This document shows, piece by piece, positions 1 through 14,866 of a stretch of DNA of 64,000 bases (position 1 is the first letter of the stretch; every line of letters begins with the position of its first letter). This stretch comes from the human T2T-CHM13v2.0 reference genome, Homo sapiens. The translations under genes and the position numbers were made by a program. Below the pieces are notes generated by a model. That model saw only the letters and a list, made by a program, of their open reading frames with translations. It was not told the DNA's origin and did not search any database. The DNA is taken from assembly GCF_009914755.1 (NCBI RefSeq), contig NC_060946.1. One strand, 5' to 3'.

Positions 1-160
1 GCACAAGCCTGTAATACCAGCTACTCGGGGAGGCTGAGGCAGGAGAATCACTTGAACCCGGGAGGCAGAGGTGGTGGTGAGCTGAGATCATGCCATTGCT
101 CTCCAGCCTGGGCAACAAGAGCAAAAACTACGTCTCAAAAAAAAAAAAAAAAAAGAAAAA
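1..160 (+). mobile_element. Alu right arm, truncated by the window edge
   Basis: Alu right monomer plus poly(A). Confidence 0.9.
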
Positions 161-310
161 GAGGCTTTGCATGTGCCGTTCCCTCTGCCTGGAGCCCTCT
201 GCTCTCTCCCATCCCCTGCTTCTGCCTGGCTCATCATTCCTACGCTTCAAATTTCTGCTGAAAGTCAGCATCTTAGGGAGGCCTCCCCTGACTGCTCTGT
301 TTAAAGGGGT

Positions 311-803
311 TGTGGTAGCTGGTCTGCAAAGACAACTCCCAGTGCTTCCTGGCCTCTCCTGTGTATGCTGCTGTTCCCATCAAGAAACAGACTCTATTTC
401 TCCTCCTCCTGGAAGTGGGCCGGGCGTTGGGCCTGGCTTTGGCCAATGGAATGTGGCAGAGGTAATTTACTGAGGCTTCCGAGGTGAGGCCTTCAGATGA
501 CTGGCAGCTTCTCCTTCCTGCCACCTGGAACCCAGCTGGTATGCTGTGGGAAGCCCATATCACATAGAGAGACACAGCGGGAGAAATGGGGTGTTCAGCT
601 CAACAGCCCAGTTGAACCCCCAGCCAACAGTCAGCATGGATTCCAGCCATGTGCGTGAGCCAGCCTGGGTGCTGCAGCCCAGGTGAGCCCCTGAATGACT
701 GCAGGCCCAGCTAACATCATACGGAACAGAAGAACCACCCAACTGAGCCCACAGAACTGTGGGAGATAATAAAATGGTATTGCTGTTTTAAGCCACTGAA
801 TTT
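311..803 (+). mobile_element. MLT1 (ERVL-MaLR) solo LTR, MLT1G/H-like
   Basis: ggccaatggaatgtggcagaggt, agaaccacccaactgagccc, ataataaaatgg...ttttaagccact. Confidence 0.75.
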
Positions 804-861
804 CCAGTCATCTAAAGAGAGGTTAATCCCTGATAAATTTCTCTCTTTCTCTCTCTCTCTC

Positions 862-1006
862 TTTTTTTTTTTTTTTAGAGAGACAAGTTCTCACTACGTT
901 GCCCAGACTGGAGTGCAGTGACTGTTCACAAGTGCAATCATAGTGCACTGCAGCCTCGAACTCCTAGTCTCAAGCATCCCTCCTGCCTCAGCCTCCTGGG
1001 TAGCTG
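862..1006 (-). mobile_element. FAM (fossil Alu monomer)
   Basis: Retains the 7SL-like segment gcagtgactgttcacaagtgcaatc that dimeric Alus lack. Confidence 0.75.
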
Positions 1007-1088
1007 ATATTCTAAAAATCATTGCCCCAATGCACTTACTTCATAGCATTCACAATAATCTATAATTATATAATTATTTGATTCTTAA

Positions 1089-1426
<338 letters not shown>

Positions 1427-2210
1427 AATTTTCCCTTTCTTCCTATAGCACATGAGTTACAGAAGGCTGGGACCATGTTTGTCTTGATTGCAGCTATCCC
1501 CAGCATTAAGCACAGTGAATGGCATGTGGTGGGAGCTGAAAGAATGAAAGAATGAATGAATGAATGAATGAATGAATGCAAGGCATCGGAGTGGTCTTGA
1601 AGTGTTCCTAAGAGCCAGTGTAAGTCTCTGTGGCTGCAGCCCAGGCTGATATAGCACCAGAAAGGAGATGGGTATGGCCTAAGTCTCAGTTCTCTGGGGC
1701 TTTCACGACTCAGAACTGTACAACACTCCCTGACACCACCTCTATAACCCAGATCTCCACACCCCTGCCAGGAAGAATCACCCTTTTCCTTCTCCTTGCC
1801 CTTCTGTATCCTGCACAGCTCTCCATTAGGGGACCCGACAGGTCTCCGCGCATGCTCGTGTGTATAGATGATGGAAGCAGGACAGAATAATGGGTATGAA
1901 TGAGGGCTCTGGATCCAGAGACCCCCACCTTTGAACCCCAGTCCACCACATTCTAAGGATATCTTGGTGCCATGGCTACAGATATTGAGTGTTCACTCAC
2001 ATAGGAAGTGCTGTGTAAGTGTGAGCTTACATTACAATTGCCATGTGCCAGGCACTACTCTCACGTCTTGAATTCATTTACTTCATACAACCTTATAAGG
2101 TGGTTGCTATTATCATTCCCCTCTTACAGATGAGGCAACTGACGTGTGGATAATTTGCCCAAAGTTGCGGATCTGAACCCTGCCAATGTGGCTACAGAGC
2201 CCACCTTCTT

Positions 2211-2505
2211 CTTTTTTTTTTTTGAGACGGGGTCTCTCTCTGTTGCCCAGGTTGGAGCGCAGTGATGCAATCATGGCTCACTGCAGCCTTGAACTCCTGG
2301 GCTCAAGTGACTCTTCCATCTCATCCTCCCAAGTAGCTAGGACTGAAGGCGTGCACCACCATGCCCAGCTAATTTTTGTATTTTTTGTAGAGACAGGGTT
2401 TCACCATGTTGCCCAGCCTGGTCTCAAACTCCTGAGCTGGCGTGATCCACCCAGCTTGGCCTCCTAAAGTTCTGGGACTACAGCCGTGAGCCACCGTGCC
2501 TGGTC
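2211..2505 (-). mobile_element. AluJ
   Basis: Full dimer; TSD agagcccaccttctt. Confidence 0.9.
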
Positions 2506-3330
2506 CAGAGCCCACCTTCTTAACCCTCATACTGCCTCTCTCGTTCTCAAGGTAGAACCCTCGTTCTGCCTCCCTGAGCCTCAGTTTTCATACCTATAAA
2601 TGGGATAATAATGCCTGTTTAATAGGGCTATGATACCATGATCTGGCAGTGCCTGACACATTGTAGAATCTCAATAAATCCCAATTTGCTGTGGCAAGAT
2701 AGATGAACAGACTTCCAAACCAAGGAGGGCTTTGAAGCTTTACTGTGAGGGTGCTAGAGAACCACTGAAAGTTTTCGAGTAAGACAATGACATAGTGAAG
2801 CTGTGGCTTAGCTCCAGTCCTACCTTTTCCCGCCTCTGTCCCCCCAACAATTAGCTCTATGCTGCCTGAGGTTGGTATCTGAGTTTCACATCCCTGTCTT
2901 ACCTCCCCGTGAGGTGCTGAGATTTGAACTGTTTCAGGATCGTGATAGTTCATCCCGGGCCTGGAATGAATGGGGTGGGAGGGATGTTCTTGATCTTGTG
3001 GGACTCATCTCAAAGGGCTGCCTCAGAGATCCCATCTGGGGCCCCATTTCTGTCTCCACCTCCAGCCCTACTGACTGACAGAGGTGCCTGGGTTTCATAT
3101 GACTGACTTCGTATTCCCCTTGGAATCCCTTCTGCAGCATAGTGGATGAGGTGAGACAGAGGCTGGTAACTCGGTGGAAGAGAGAGGAGGGAGAAAAAAC
3201 AAGGGAGCCAGAACAGGAGAGAGTGGGAGACAGGGGGACAGAGAGAGAGAGTGGTGGAGAGAGGGCGAGCCAGAGTGAGGGAAAGATGGGCTCACTGCTT
3301 CAGGGCGGGGTGCACCTGGTGACAGAAATG

Positions 3331-3426
3331 GGCCACCTGACCTTGTGCTGTGTTCCCTTGTTCTGACAGATATGGTGAGGCCATCTGACCTTGTGCTGTG
3401 TTCCCTTGTTCTGATGGATGTTGTGA
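3331..3426. repeat. Two-copy 48-bp tandem duplication
   Basis: ggcca(c/t)ctgaccttgtgctgtgttcccttgttctga at 3331 and 3379. Confidence 0.9.
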
Positions 3427-4021
3427 GTCTGTGTGGGTGCACAAGCATGCACATGTGGTCTGTGTGTCCACATAGATGCGAGCGTCTGTGACATAGCATG
3501 CACCCTGTCTGCTGGCCTGTGCATGGAAGTGCACAGATGGGTCTCCAAGGACCTAGGGACTAAGCATGTGGAGAACCATGTGCAGTGCCTATGTACGTCC
3601 TCAGCCCCAGCGTCACCTCCTCCATGTGCCTCACCCCCTATTCGTTCACCCTCCTCCCCCTGTGGTGGCATTATCACCTTTCTTGGTCAGTCTCTGCTTA
3701 CCTGTCCCTGTCTCTGCCTCTATTGAGAGCTTCCTGCAGGAAAGTCCACATCCTTGTCATCCCTGTACTCTTGGCAGCAAGATCAAGGCTTGCTGGGGCA
3801 GGTGATCAATAAAGGCTGATGACTGATTGAGTATATTTGTGTGAATGGATCTACTTCCAGAAGCGTGTGTGGGTGTGTATGTGTGTGTGTGCACGCACAT
3901 GTGCACACATGGAAACATGTATGTGGCCATACACACATGCACATGCACTGTGGGGTGTGGATGTGTCTCTGAGATGTCCATGAATGAGCCTCTGGGCACA
4001 CACCATGCCCACAGATTGATG

Positions 4022-4558
<537 letters not shown>

Positions 4559-5644
4559 AAGTATTCATGTCTGTGACTGCCCAGCCCATGATGGGCAGGG
4601 GAGGCAGTGCAAAGTTCCCCTGGTGATGGTAATGCTTCTTTCCAGAGCTGTGCCCTGGGGGAGCAGGCAGTTGCTGGCTGCCAGCCAGCTTTCACCAAGC
4701 GGCCTTAGAAGTCAGTCTAAACCAATACTCCTTGTTAGGCAGGTCTAGGCGCTCACCAACACAGCAGCACCTTCCCTCACTCCCTGCAGAGGCTTTGAAG
4801 TTTTTGGATTTGGTGAAGTCAGCATGACTGCAAGGAGGAATTGCTAAGCCTGAAGCATGAATGGAAGAGGGGGAAGGAGGAACGCTTCAAACCTCCATCT
4901 GAGGCAGGTGGCCAGGGATGCTGGAAGGTCTGGAGGCCCTGGGCCTTGTGCCTGCTTGAAGCCGATTCACTGTGTAAGCCTGGACACATCGCTTGCCCTT
5001 GCTGGCCTCCACCTGTGACTTCCGTGAAGGGAGAGGTCTTCTGAGCTCCGTGGCCTCTACCTGACCCTCTGGGAGTTGGTCCTTAAACTGCGCTCTGAGT
5101 GTTAAAATCTACATTCAAAAGGCAGAGAGAGGCTGTGTTGGCCTTAAACAAGAGCAAGAGGGGACCCTGCCCTGGCCCTCCTCAGACCAGGCCCTTTCCC
5201 ACATGGTGAGGAATTCACAGGCCAAGGCGATGTGCTCACCCCAAGCCCTACCCTTTGCTAGACACTCGTCTGATGCCTGCTGCTGTAGAATTTCTGCTCC
5301 AAGAGTCCTGCCGTGCTGGCTTCCAGGGCTGGCTGCCATCTGTCCTCCTGAGGACCCATGTCCTCCTGCCTTAAGCAGTGGTTTTGGGAAAGCTGGGTGT
5401 GCAGGCTGGGATGTGTGCCCACTTTGTGGGAGATGCCCTGAACGTGCTGAGTGGAGCTGGAAGTGGGAAAGGAGGAGGGGTGGGTCATGGGCAGGGAGCT
5501 GTGGTCTTGGGTTCCAGGGTGGGCTTGCCCCATGCTGCTACTTTGAGGAGCAGAATGCAGAGGAGGTTGAGAATTCTAAATTCAAACCTAACATTTTAGT
5601 TTGTCACAAGGACATATTTGCCAGGACAGAGGATAGACCATATT

Positions 5645-5960
5645 TTTAAATTTTATTTTATATTTTATTTTAATTTTTTTTGAGATAGAGTCTCGCTCTG
5701 TCACCCAGGCTGGAGTGCAGTGGCGCGATCTCGGCTCACTGTAACCTCTGCCTCCCGGGTTCAAGCAATTCTCTGCCTCAGTCTACCGAGTAGCTGGGAT
5801 TGCAGGCGCCCACCACCACGCTCGGCTAATTTTTGTGTTTTTAGTAGAGACGGGATTTCATCATCTCGGCCAGGCCGGTCTTGAACTCCTGACCTCATGA
5901 TCCACCTTCCTCGGCCTCCCAAAGTGCTGGGATTACAGGGGTGAGCCACCTCGCCTGGCT
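5645..5960 (-). mobile_element. AluS
   Basis: Full dimer; TSD gatagaccat. Confidence 0.9.
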
Positions 5961-7053
5961 GATAGACCATTTTTTAAGGTCGTTAGTTCGATGTGCAGCT
6001 GTTAAATCTTCAGACTTAAGTTATGGAGAGTGAGCCTCCCTTTCTACTCTTGCCCTGGACCCCACAAGTGTTAGGGGTGAGCCTGGAGAGAGAGATAATT
6101 GAGATTGGTGGGGGCTTGGTGGTGTGGCCCCAGCAGACTGAGGCTGAGTTGAACAGGGAGTTTTGAACATTGGACCCTTCTAGAGTAGACTTTTCCGGGC
6201 CACGTCATACAGGGCTTACCTTCTCTTAGGTCTGTGCGGTGTGTAGGTGTCATCTGCTTGCCATCTCCTTTCTCTGGAGCCCCAGGAGAGCTGTACAGTG
6301 AGTATGCTTCCCCAACACATCTTAGATAGCACTGTTATCTTAGACAGCTGTTTTGGGGCATGACAGGTCATCCTTCCAATGGGGCCTTTCTCTGATGTCA
6401 AAGGTCAAATCCTCCTGTTAGCATTCCATCTTGTCTTTCTCATCTCTTCAAGTTAAGAGAGTCCCAGGGACCCTCCCCATTCTTCTGCCACTCCATGGCT
6501 CTCCTCTTCCTGAGAAGCACCCCTCTGCAGGGAGCCCCCTGAGTAAACTGGTAGGGTCATGTCCATTCCAAACTGCACAATTTCACGGGGGAAAATGGAA
6601 ACCCTGGAGTGTAACTGGGATGTTGAGTGGGGCTGCTTTATTCTAAAAGATAAAACTCAAGGACGTCATGCTCTCTGTCTTCAAATATCTGAGGGGCTGT
6701 CATGCTGAAAAGGGAAGGGATTTATTCAGTGTTGTTGGAGTGTGAAGGAAGAGGTGGATTAAAATTCAGTGTGCAGAGAAGACTTTTGCCAAAGAGTGCT
6801 GCTTAGCACTGGCTGGTGCTATCTTTGGAGGGGGTGAGCCCGCTGTCACTGGAGGCGTGCAAGTATCCCTAAAGGATATTTAATAGGGAACTCATGATCT
6901 AGAGAGTGGGGGGACACCCTACTGTACAGCATCTAAACCTCTCATCCCCAATAATCTGTAGCTTTAGGATTGTTTTAAATAGGATGCCAGGAGTTGGGAA
7001 AGGAATTAAAGAAATTCACTGAAGTGAGGACCAAGCTATAAAAAAAAAAAATC

Positions 7054-7059
7054 TTTATT
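7054..7059 (-). terminator. Distal polyadenylation signal AATAAA
   Basis: tttatt on + strand, followed on the minus strand by a U12 tract; marks the end of the repeat-free region. Confidence 0.8.
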
Positions 7060-9265
7060 TCATGTACCAGGATTTTTTTTTTCAGTTTTCTGCTTTTTAA
7101 AATTTTTTTTCTGTTAACAGTCTGAAAAAAAAAAAAAGGACTCACCAAGAAAATAAATGGAGGTTAGTTTCTTGAACTGGTCTGAGCTGGACATGAGCAA
7201 TCATCCACACCCCTGGGCAGCAACGCCCTTGCAGTTCCGGTCCTGGCTCCTTCCCTCCGGACCCCCTAGCCCCTTCTCAGCCATGGCGATGTCACCCCAC
7301 ACCCCAGTGGCTTTCTTCAAGCACACCCAGAACCCAGGCCTTGCGCCATGGAAAGAAGCACTGATCGCCTTCCCAGACGCTCTGCCAGAATTCGGAGAAC
7401 TGGAGCTAGTTTTTCTCTTCAGACAGTGCTCGCTTGGGTGCGGTTTTCTTGGGGCCCCTCCCTTCTCCCTTCGCTCTCATCCTTGATCCCTTTAGGTCTG
7501 GAATCTGGTGGGATGGCGGGCAAGATTGGGGTGGGAGAGGGGTAGAGTTCAGTTTCTGCCCAGACTGAGGGCAACTTGGTTGTTGTTACCACACCTTGAA
7601 TTGTCTCCCATTGTTCTGCCCCAGGGCCCATGACCTCCCCCTGTACTTCTGGGCTGGGCTGGCCGATGTTCTGCCCCTTGCTGACCTGGGAAAATAACTT
7701 TCCTTTCCCAGGCAAAAGACAGGAAAGGCAGGTGAGATGTGCAAGCTCAAAAAGCCTTACTAGCCATTCTCTAGAACTCCCCAGAGAGCTCAACCTCAGG
7801 AAATGCCGGTGTCAAGAAAAATGCAAACCGGGGGAGACTCGCAGGCAGAGGCAGGGGGGCCTCACCTTGACCTTCAGTCACCTGGGAGTAACTTGCAGAC
7901 TGTTCTGAAATTTCCAGCTCAGGAAAGCTGTTGGATTTCTGTCAGTCTGAACTGGCCCTTGTCACTCTGGGGAAGAAAGGGGAGAAACACAGGATGCCCT
8001 TGACCTTTAGTCTGTGGTGCAAGTTTAACTTTTGGGGTTGGTCCTTACACTGGGATGGAACTGCTAAAATTTTCCTCTCCATTCCCTCAGCCTTGAGCCC
8101 TCCCAGTAAACCTCAGAGGATCCTCTTTTTCACAGACCCCCAAAGACACTGGGGAAGCCCTGGTGGCAGAGCTCTTCTCCCAAGGAAGCCTCTTTAACTC
8201 TCCATGATCGCAGCAAGGGGACACAAAGTGAAGAAGGGCTTTGGGGACCCCTGCGTCTTTCCCCTCTTTGCCTGAACAGCTTTATGTTTGCTCACATGTG
8301 TGTATTTTTGCTTTGACATTGGATGTGGGGGCAGGTGTTCGGGGAGCACAGTGAGGAGGTATATGGTGTGTGTGTGTGTGTGTGTCTGAGAGGCTGACTG
8401 ATGATGAGCCTGGGGGCTTGGTGGCAGCTGTCCTGGTCATCCCTGGCATATCCTCGGGGCAGGTGGCAGATCTTAAGTCACAGATACATAGAGCAAGAAT
8501 GGGCCTTTAGTGCTTCTCTGGGTCAATCCACATGCTTACATGGGGGGAAAATTAAGGCCCAGAGAGGCCATGCAGCAAGGAATTCCGGAATCCAGTCCTG
8601 GATTCTAGACGGGTGCCCTTCCCATGCATGCGAGTGGTGTGTGTGTGTGTGTGGGTATGTGTGCGTGTGTGGGTATGTGTGCATGTGTGTGTTCATGTGT
8701 ATGCTCTGTTGGGAGGTTGTGAATGAACACAAAGGCCAGTGTGGAGTTGTTGTCGTCCATGGCTTTGGAGGGCATGAGTCAATTTCCTTTGAGCCACGCC
8801 CCTGGCCGTGTATGGGATGGAAGGGTTGAGACTGAGTGTGTCCCTGTGAGTGACTGCAGTGCTGGGCTAAGTGGACTGTGTATGTGTGTGTGAACGTGCC
8901 TGTGTGCGTGTGGGGTGTGTGGTCTCTTTCTTTGTTGGATTCTGTCTTCCCCCATTCGCAGCACCTTCCTTGTCTGAGGAAGCCACCTTTCCATCACAGA
9001 GACCCCCTGCAGCTCACTGGGACCTTCCGCTACTCCCTCCAACCTTCAAGCCCAGCTCTCACCTCTCACAACGGTTTTGCTTTGTTTTTGTAAATGGATT
9101 TGTATATTCGTTTTCTGTTTTTTTTTTCTTTACAAGTTCCCTGCTAAAGTTTAAGTCCCCCACCCCGCCCCATTTTTTGTTTTCACAGTTTAAAGCTGGA
9201 AAAGAATTAAAAGAAAAATACTATCTGATTTTCTTGCAAGTAAATCCACTTATTTTGTATTTACA

Positions 9266-9293
9266 TTTATTTATAGTCTGTGGTTTTTTTATT
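9266..9293 (-). terminator. Two candidate proximal polyadenylation hexamers (AATAAA at 9293-9288 and 9271-9266)
   Basis: tttatt on + strand twice; usage unproven. Confidence 0.45.
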
Positions 9294-10517
9294 AAAAAAA
9301 AATCACCACTTGTTTTTCCTTTTTCTTTTGTAAAAAGAAGCCTTTTTGCAGTGTCATTGTTGAACCCGCTGGGCCCCAAGGGGGCATCAGTGAGTCCAAG
9401 GACCCCCAAAGGGTCAATGAACCCCCTTCCCAGGGGACTGGGGGGCTTATGAGTCAGGGGGTCCACCATCGCCCCAGGGTCATCAGGTGGCCCTGAGGTG
9501 AGGGGTGAGGAGGGAGAGCTGTTTCATGTCCCCCGGGGGGGGGGGTGGCATCTCCTGACCCCAAGGACAGGAGCTTGGGGACATGACCCCAAGAGGCTCA
9601 CCCTGAGGATTCCGGGGTTTCCGGCATCTTGGTAAGCCACCGGCAGCCTCCCCTCTCCTTCCCTTTCCTCAAGGCCTAGGAAGTCATCACAGTGGGTTAA
9701 GGAGCATTAAGGACTGGGAACCTGGGGCCAGGCAAGCCCCAAGTGTACCCCCCTCCAGGCACCCTAACGGAGAGGAGGGACAAGGGCTCGGTCACCTGGA
9801 GGCCTACGATTGCCCCATCAATGCTGGGCGGAGCCGGCTCGAGCTCTGAGCCTTCCTGGAGTTCCTGGGGCACCCACCCAGGGGCTCCAGGGACCTGGCA
9901 GTGACTGCAGGCTCACCTGGCCCCAGGGCCCCTGAGTCTCGCCCCCCAATCTCCCAGGGAGGCAGGGCCCGCTGGGGGTTAAAGGGAACAGAAAAGTAAC
10001 TCTCCCCGAGTTAAAAAAAAAAAAAAAAGTAACATAAACCCTGAAAAATACAAAGGACATCCCCTTTCCTTTCTGTTCTCATTTTTTTTTTTTTTGCTTT
10101 AATGTTATCTTGGTTCCCTTTTATTTTTTCATTTAAATTGATTTTTATTAAATGTTAAAATAATGGTACATGGGAAATCATGCATTTTCTTTTAGATTTA
10201 TTTTCTATTTTTAATTTTTTATCCCTCTCGCTTTTTTTTAAAGTTTGTTTTCTTCCCTCGTTTATATTTTCCCACATTTCCTGTTGTTTTGCTTCTTTGT
10301 TCCTCTTATATTTTGTTCTTTTTTTTAAAATTTACTTGTTATGTTTTTTCTCTTTTTTTGTGTGTGTGTGTTTTTTTGTTTTTTGTTTTTTTGTTTTTTT
10401 TGTTTTTTGTTTTTGCTTTTGGAAGGTCTCCCAGCGGAGGGTCTGGGTCTCCCCGCCCCGCCCCGCCCCCGGGGACCGCGCCCTCCTCCCGCGGTCTTCT
10501 GGCGAGGCCCGCGGTCT

Positions 10518-11053
10518 TTATACGGGGGTGGTCCGGCGGTTGGCTGTGTTGGAGTGGAGAGAGTCCTTGTTCTCCTTCTGGATACAGTTGTGAACCTGGA
10601 GGAAGCTGTTATCCCTGTCGGAGTTGTAGGTGGCGGTGGGCGTGGTGGCGGCCTTCAGGGGGTCCCTGCTGAGCGTGTACATGGAGATCTCCGTGGACGG
10701 CAGGGTGTTGAAGCCCTTGATGCCCACGGGGGAGGCGTCCCTGGAGTGTGAGGGCTCCGTGGAGCGCGAGCTGGAGCGGCTGCGGCGCTGGTAGCGGTAG
10801 CGGTAGCTGGGGATGCGGGTGATGGCAGAGGCCTGGAGGTAGTCCGTGGCGCGGGCCGTGGCCCGCAGCTGTTTGTGCCGGTCGATAAACATGTGCACCG
10901 CCAGCACCCCGACCATCTCGGCGATGATGAAGGACAGGGCCCCGAAGTAGAAGGACCAGCCGTATGAGTAACTATTCTTTTTGGAGTCGCTCTTGGAGGG
11001 GTCTCCGGCATTGGCAGATATGTACACTATGATGCCAATGATGTTACTCAGAC
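10518..11053 (-). CDS. CACNG2: CACNG2 terminal coding exon 4 (536 nt CDS): TM4, Arg/Ser-rich phospho-domain ([20 protein letters not shown]), C-terminal PDZ ligand RRTTPV, stop TAA
   Basis: ORF 10518..11027 matches the stargazin C-terminus; acceptor cccgcag|GT at 11055-11054; 84+141+536 nt leaves 211 nt for exon 1 of a 323-aa protein. Confidence 0.98.
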
Positions 11054-12772
<1,719 letters not shown>

Positions 12773-13191
12773 TTAGAGGAGAGGTTGCTTTGCAATCCTA
12801 GGGAGGGAGAGACAGCGAGCAGGCCACTGCCCAGCTCACAGCCCTGCAGGAGCTCCCCACTGCCTCCAGGGCCAAACTCCAGCACACCGTCAGGCACACA
12901 GGGCCCTGTGTGACTTGGCCTCTGCCCACTTCCAGCTCCCACGGCTCCCAGTCCTCATGTTCTCTCTCGTCCCACCACATCAAACTTCCCACGACATGTC
13001 ATTTCATGCTGCTGACTTTTGAAATACAGAGCTTCCTACTGGAATGTCTTTCCTATTCTTCACTCAGCAAACTCTTCTTCATCCTTCAAAACCCAGCTCG
13101 AAGTCCCCTCTTCTGTAAAGCCTTCCCTGACTTCCTTAGGCAAAGTTATGAGCTCCCTCGTCTGCACTTTGGGGCCCTTGGGCACGCTGAG

Positions 13192-13435
13192 AGGCAGTGT
13201 GGTATAGTGGTTAGGTGGAACCACGTGGGTTGGATTTGAGTCTGGCTGCAGCATTTATTAGCTGTGCAATAGAAAAAGTATCTCACCTCTGTGTGCCTCA
13301 GTTTCCTCATCTGTAAAGCAGGGATGGTAATAATGCCAAGCTCCTAAGATTGTTGTGAGGATTAAATGAGTTGATTCAGGCAATGCACTTAGATAAGTTT
13401 CTGGTGTCTATAATAAACATTCAATGCATGATATT
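13192..13435 (+). mobile_element. MIR, near full length
   Basis: gcctcagtttcctcatctgtaaa ... ttgttgtgaggattaaatgag. Confidence 0.8.
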
Positions 13436-13999
13436 ATAATAAATATTTGTGTATACATATGCTTCCACCATGAACCATGGGTCGTGAGACAAGGACTGTG
13501 GCTTTACAAAGAAAAAGTTTCTTGTCTTTATCCTCTCTGTTCAACGACACAGTAGTCTGCCAATAGAAGCTCATTAAGTGAATAAATGTGGGGTCGTGGT
13601 CCAGAAGGAAGGAACAGGCACATTGCAAAGAAAACAAAGTAAGAAGAGAAACCCCTCTAGATAAGGACTGACAAACAGGACCGGAGAAGAAAAGAATATG
13701 GTAATGAAAAGGGAGAAACAGAAGGTGAGGGCCAGGGCTCCTACAGTTGGGGGTGGATGGGGGAAAAGGGGGACAGGTGGCTAAGGGCAGAGGTCGGGGC
13801 TACATGTGTTTGTGGGGGGAGCAGCACCTGAATGAGGACCCAGAGGTGTTGGGGAGCCCTTCACAAAGTGTCTTTGCGAAGTAAAACATTTTTTTTTTAA
13901 TCCAAATTCAAATAGGCAGTGAGTGACCTCAGGACCCAGCTCCGTGTCCTGGGAGCCATGGGCTAGGCAGGAGGCAGAGCTGGCTTGAGGCAGGGGTGA

Positions 14000-14314
<315 letters not shown>

Positions 14315-14542
14315 AAAGATGTCTTCTTTAAATGGTGCTTAAGTGGTTTCTAAGGAAGTTGAGTCCTGATAATTACAGGACCCTTTGGCCAAGCCCAGGG
14401 ATTGGTCAGGGAGGTTGGTTTTGGAGGGGAATGTGCCAGGAGCGGAGCTTCCTCTTATCCCCATCCCCGTCCCCACCCCTTTGGGTGGGAGTGTGTTCAA
14501 GAAGGATCTGTGAGAAGAGAATTTCTCTATATAGAACTGTAG

Positions 14543-14866
<324 letters not shown>

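Larger units (their letters stand above)
7025..10517 (-). other. CACNG2: CACNG2 3' UTR (~3.5 kb; distal end approximate)
   Basis: Transposon-free stretch from the stop codon to AATAAA at 7059-7054, with A-rich and CA-rich tracts. Confidence 0.8.

Noticed and set aside
9370-9480. CCC-NN-GGG dyads (EBF-like) in the 3' UTR, and the palindrome AGCCCCC-T-GGGGGCT at 34280-34294
   Set aside because: Expected by chance in sequence rich in C and G runs
8871-10751. Phe-rich + strand ORFs (8871..9452, 10180..10593, 10289..10672, 10341..10751)
   Set aside because: Antisense readings of A-rich UTR tracts and GC-rich exon 4; low complexity
10837-10857. REST/RE1-like motif in exon 4 (half-sites also near 27678 and 30893)
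   Set aside because: Only about 13 of 21 positions match, or only one half-site is present
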